From: Candidatus Spongiisociaceae bacterium
GTDB taxonomy: Bacteria; Actinomycetota; Acidimicrobiia; Spongiisociales; Spongiisociaceae
Assembly (NCBI GenBank): GCA_965219685.1
Contig: CBDCOH010000002.1
Coordinates: 1,184,001 to 1,248,000 of the forward strand
Direction: 5' to 3'
Length of the DNA stretch: 64,000 nt
The stretch's first letter is position 1, and each line of letters opens with the position of its first letter. Positions 61,723 through 64,000 of the stretch are shown here, piece after piece. The notes beneath the pieces were generated by a model. That model was not told the DNA's origin and did no database searches. It was given only the letters and a program-made list of their open reading frames with translations. Position numbers and translations under genes: made by a program.

Positions 61723-62388
61723 CTACTCGTCCAGGAGGTCGGGACGCCGGGATCTGGTTCGCTCGATCCGCTGCTCGGCGCGCCACGCCGCGATCCGTCC
61801 GTGGTCGCCCGACAGGAGAACGGGCGGCACCGGGCGGTCGCGGAATACGGCGGGGCGGGTGTACTGCGGCTCCTCCAGGAGCCCGTCTCGGAACGACTCG
61901 ATCTCGATCGAGGCCGGGTTGCCGAGCACGCCGGGAAGCAGGCGAGCGACCCCTTCGATCACCGACACGGCAGCCGCCTCGCCGCCCGCCAGCACGTAGT
62001 CGCCCAGGGACACCTCCTCGTCGATCGACGCCTCGGCGAACCGCTCGTCGACGCCCTCGTAGCGCCCGCAGACCAGCGTCAGCGACTCGAGTGTCGCCCA
62101 GCGGTCGAGTGTCGCCTGGTCGAGGCGGTGTCCCGCCGGTGTGAGCAGGACGCGGTGGGAGTTCTCCCGGCCCTCGATGGCGTCGGTGAGCGGGCCGGCC
62201 ATGAGCACCATCCCGGCGCCGCCCCCGAACGGGGCGTCGTCGACTTGGCGGTGGTTGCCGACTCCGTACTCCCGGAGCGCTACCAACTCGACATCGATCG
62301 CTCCTGCCTCCACGGCCCTCGCAACCGTCCCCACCGCGAGCGGACCTTCGAAGTAGGCGGGGAACAGGGTGATGACCGCTATGTGCAT
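61723..62388 (-). CDS. trmD: tRNA (guanine-N1)-methyltransferase
   Basis: VDDAPFGGGAGMV, CGRYEGVDER, SLGDYVLAGGE, PQYTRP. Confidence 0.98.
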   Translation of the reverse strand: MHIAVITLFPAYFEGPLAVGTVARAVEAGAIDVELVALREYGVGNHRQVDDAPFGGGAGMVLMAGPLTDAIEGRENSHRVLLTPAGHRLDQATLDRWATLESLTLVCGRYEGVDERFAEASIDEEVSLGDYVLAGGEAAAVSVIEGVARLLPGVLGNPASIEIESFRDGLLEEPQYTRPAVFRDRPVPPVLLSGDHGRIAAWRAEQRIERTRSRRPDLLDE

Positions 62389-62472
62389 GGGTGATCCATG
62401 CCGGGCGCCCGTGGCGGCTCTCCTATCCGGGCCGGCCGGTGGCGCCGGTAGCGGCTGTGATGGGCACCGCCG

Positions 62473-64000
62473 CTACCGGACCACGGGGAGCGGCGTCTCA
62501 TCGATGAGCTCGTACAGGGTGGAACGCCGCCTGGGAACACGTCCCGATCCCGATATGAGCTCCTCGAACTCCTCCGCGTCGACCTCCTGGCCGTGCGAGG
62601 CGCCGGCAGCTCGCGAGATGGTCTCATTCATGAGGGTCCCGCCGAAATCGTTGCAACCGGCCTCCAGCAGCCGGGCGGCGCCGTCGAGGCCCAGCTTGAC
62701 CCACGAGGCCTGGATGTTGGGGACGAGGCCGTCCAGAGCCAGCCGGGCGACCGCGTGGACGAGTACCACCTCGTCCCAGGTCGGGCCCGGCCGGGCCCGG
62801 CCTCTCAGGTAGATCGGTGCTCCCATGTGGACGAACGGGAGTGGCACGAGTTCGGTGAACCCACCGGTCCGGCGCTGGATCTCGCGTATCACCTCCAGGT
62901 GGTTGGCCCAGGAGAGGGGGTCGTCGATGTGCCCGAACATGATGGTGGAGGTCGACCTCAGCCCGAGTTCGTGGGCGATGAGCATCACCTCGGCCCACTG
63001 GGCGGTGCGGATCTTGTCGGGGCACAGATGCTTGCGGACGCGGTCGTCGAGGATCTCGGCGGCGGTTCCGGGCAGCGTACCCAGCCCGGCCTCTTTGAGC
63101 ATCTCGAGGAACGCCCTCACCGTCATCCCCAGCGTCTCGGCGCCCTGCCAGACCTCCAACGGGGTGAAGCCATGCACGTGTATCCCCGGGACAGCTTCCT
63201 TGATGGACGAGAGGACGTCCACGTAGAACTGTCCCGTGAACTGCGGATGGATGCCCCCTTGGAGGCAGACCTCGGTGGCCCCCCTCCCGGCGGCTTCGGT
63301 GGTGCGCCGGACGACCTCGTCGATGCTCATCAGGTAGGGGTCTCCTCGCAGGTTCAGGCTGCGCGGGCCCTTGGAGAAGGCACAGAAACCGCACCGGAAG
63401 TAGCAGACGTTGGTGTAGTTGATGTTGCGGTTGACCACGTACGTGACGGTGTCGCCGACCCGTGCCCGCCGGAGCGCATCGGCGGTCGCCGCTATGGCGT
63501 CGACGTCGCCCCCGCGAGCCGCCATCAGGGTGGCGGTCTCCTCCACCGAGGGAGGCGACCCTTCCAGGGATGCCTCGAGGATGCCCCGCACCGCTCGGGT
63601 GGCGCCGCCGATATCCGGCCCTGCGGCCGTGGTCCACATCGCGTCCGGCCAGGCGGCCGAGAAGCGCCGAGGGTTCAGGGGCGGTTCGATCGGCATCCCG
63701 GGCGCCCACTCGTAGCGGGGCCGGGCGTACCCGCCGCCGTCGATGAGGTTCAGGTAGACCTTGAACAGGTCCTTCGCGAGCGACTCCCGCGCCTCGTTCA
63801 CCGGGATGCGGGGAGGCACGGCCACCCGCTCGCCGAGACGCCCGCCCACGACCTCGCGCAGCTCGCCGATGCCCTCCGAGTCCCAATCGCGGAGCAGCAG
63901 ATCGGTGGCGCCCGCCCCTACGGCCGCCAGGGCATCGCCGACCGAGTCGACGAACACCGACACCCGGGCGCCTATGGACGGCAGGGCGCAGATCTCGGCT
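62473..64000 (-). CDS. cofH: FO synthase CofH domain (probably the C-terminal part of a bifunctional FbiC); 5' part outside the window
   Basis: VTYVVNRNINYTNVCYFRCGFCAFSK radical-SAM motif, PGTAAEIL, NIQASWVKLG, GGTLMNETISRAAG. Confidence 0.92.
   Translation of the reverse strand, partial: AEICALPSIGARVSVFVDSVGDALAAVGAGATDLLLRDWDSEGIGELREVVGGRLGERVAVPPRIPVNEARESLAKDLFKVYLNLIDGGGYARPRYEWAPGMPIEPPLNPRRFSAAWPDAMWTTAAGPDIGGATRAVRGILEASLEGSPPSVEETATLMAARGGDVDAIAATADALRRARVGDTVTYVVNRNINYTNVCYFRCGFCAFSKGPRSLNLRGDPYLMSIDEVVRRTTEAAGRGATEVCLQGGIHPQFTGQFYVDVLSSIKEAVPGIHVHGFTPLEVWQGAETLGMTVRAFLEMLKEAGLGTLPGTAAEILDDRVRKHLCPDKIRTAQWAEVMLIAHELGLRSTSTIMFGHIDDPLSWANHLEVIREIQRRTGGFTELVPLPFVHMGAPIYLRGRARPGPTWDEVVLVHAVARLALDGLVPNIQASWVKLGLDGAARLLEAGCNDFGGTLMNETISRAAGASHGQEVDAEEFEELISGSGRVPRRRSTLYELIDETPLPVVR

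Overview
High-GC window that looks actinobacterial (gene content and order suggest an Acidimicrobiia-like organism; this is inference). Most of it is housekeeping backbone, largely on the minus strand: leuS, rsfS-nadD, trkAH, proB-obg-rpmA-rplU-rne, rodA-pbp2-mreDCB-ndk, folC-valS-clpX-clpP-tig, seven tRNAs, rdgB-rph, dprA-comM-yraN, lepB-rplS-trmD and a partial cofH/fbiC. An accessory region (~39.9-53.9 kb) lies downstream of tRNA-Lys. It holds a Liv-type ABC uptake cluster with a deacylase, an SLH protein, a frameshifted LRV-repeat gene, and an IS1595 interrupted by an intact IS3. The most striking signal is non-coding. A ~190-bp-core element occurs three times (6.9/8.5 kb, 24.6 kb, 59.3 kb). 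Each copy has a RecA-NDp/PafBC-like promoter (TGTCA-N11-CATACT), conserved hairpins and a terminator-like end, which suggests a multicopy DNA-damage-inducible small RNA. One copy is split by an IS110 whose left end contains a readable bridge RNA; its four guide segments match the insertion site and the element ends. That recombinase also carries an extra C-terminal HTH. The same promoter motif precedes yraN and comM-dprA. Strand-biased 7-nt tandem repeats sit at many gene ends. All coordinates were read by eye and no database searches were run.
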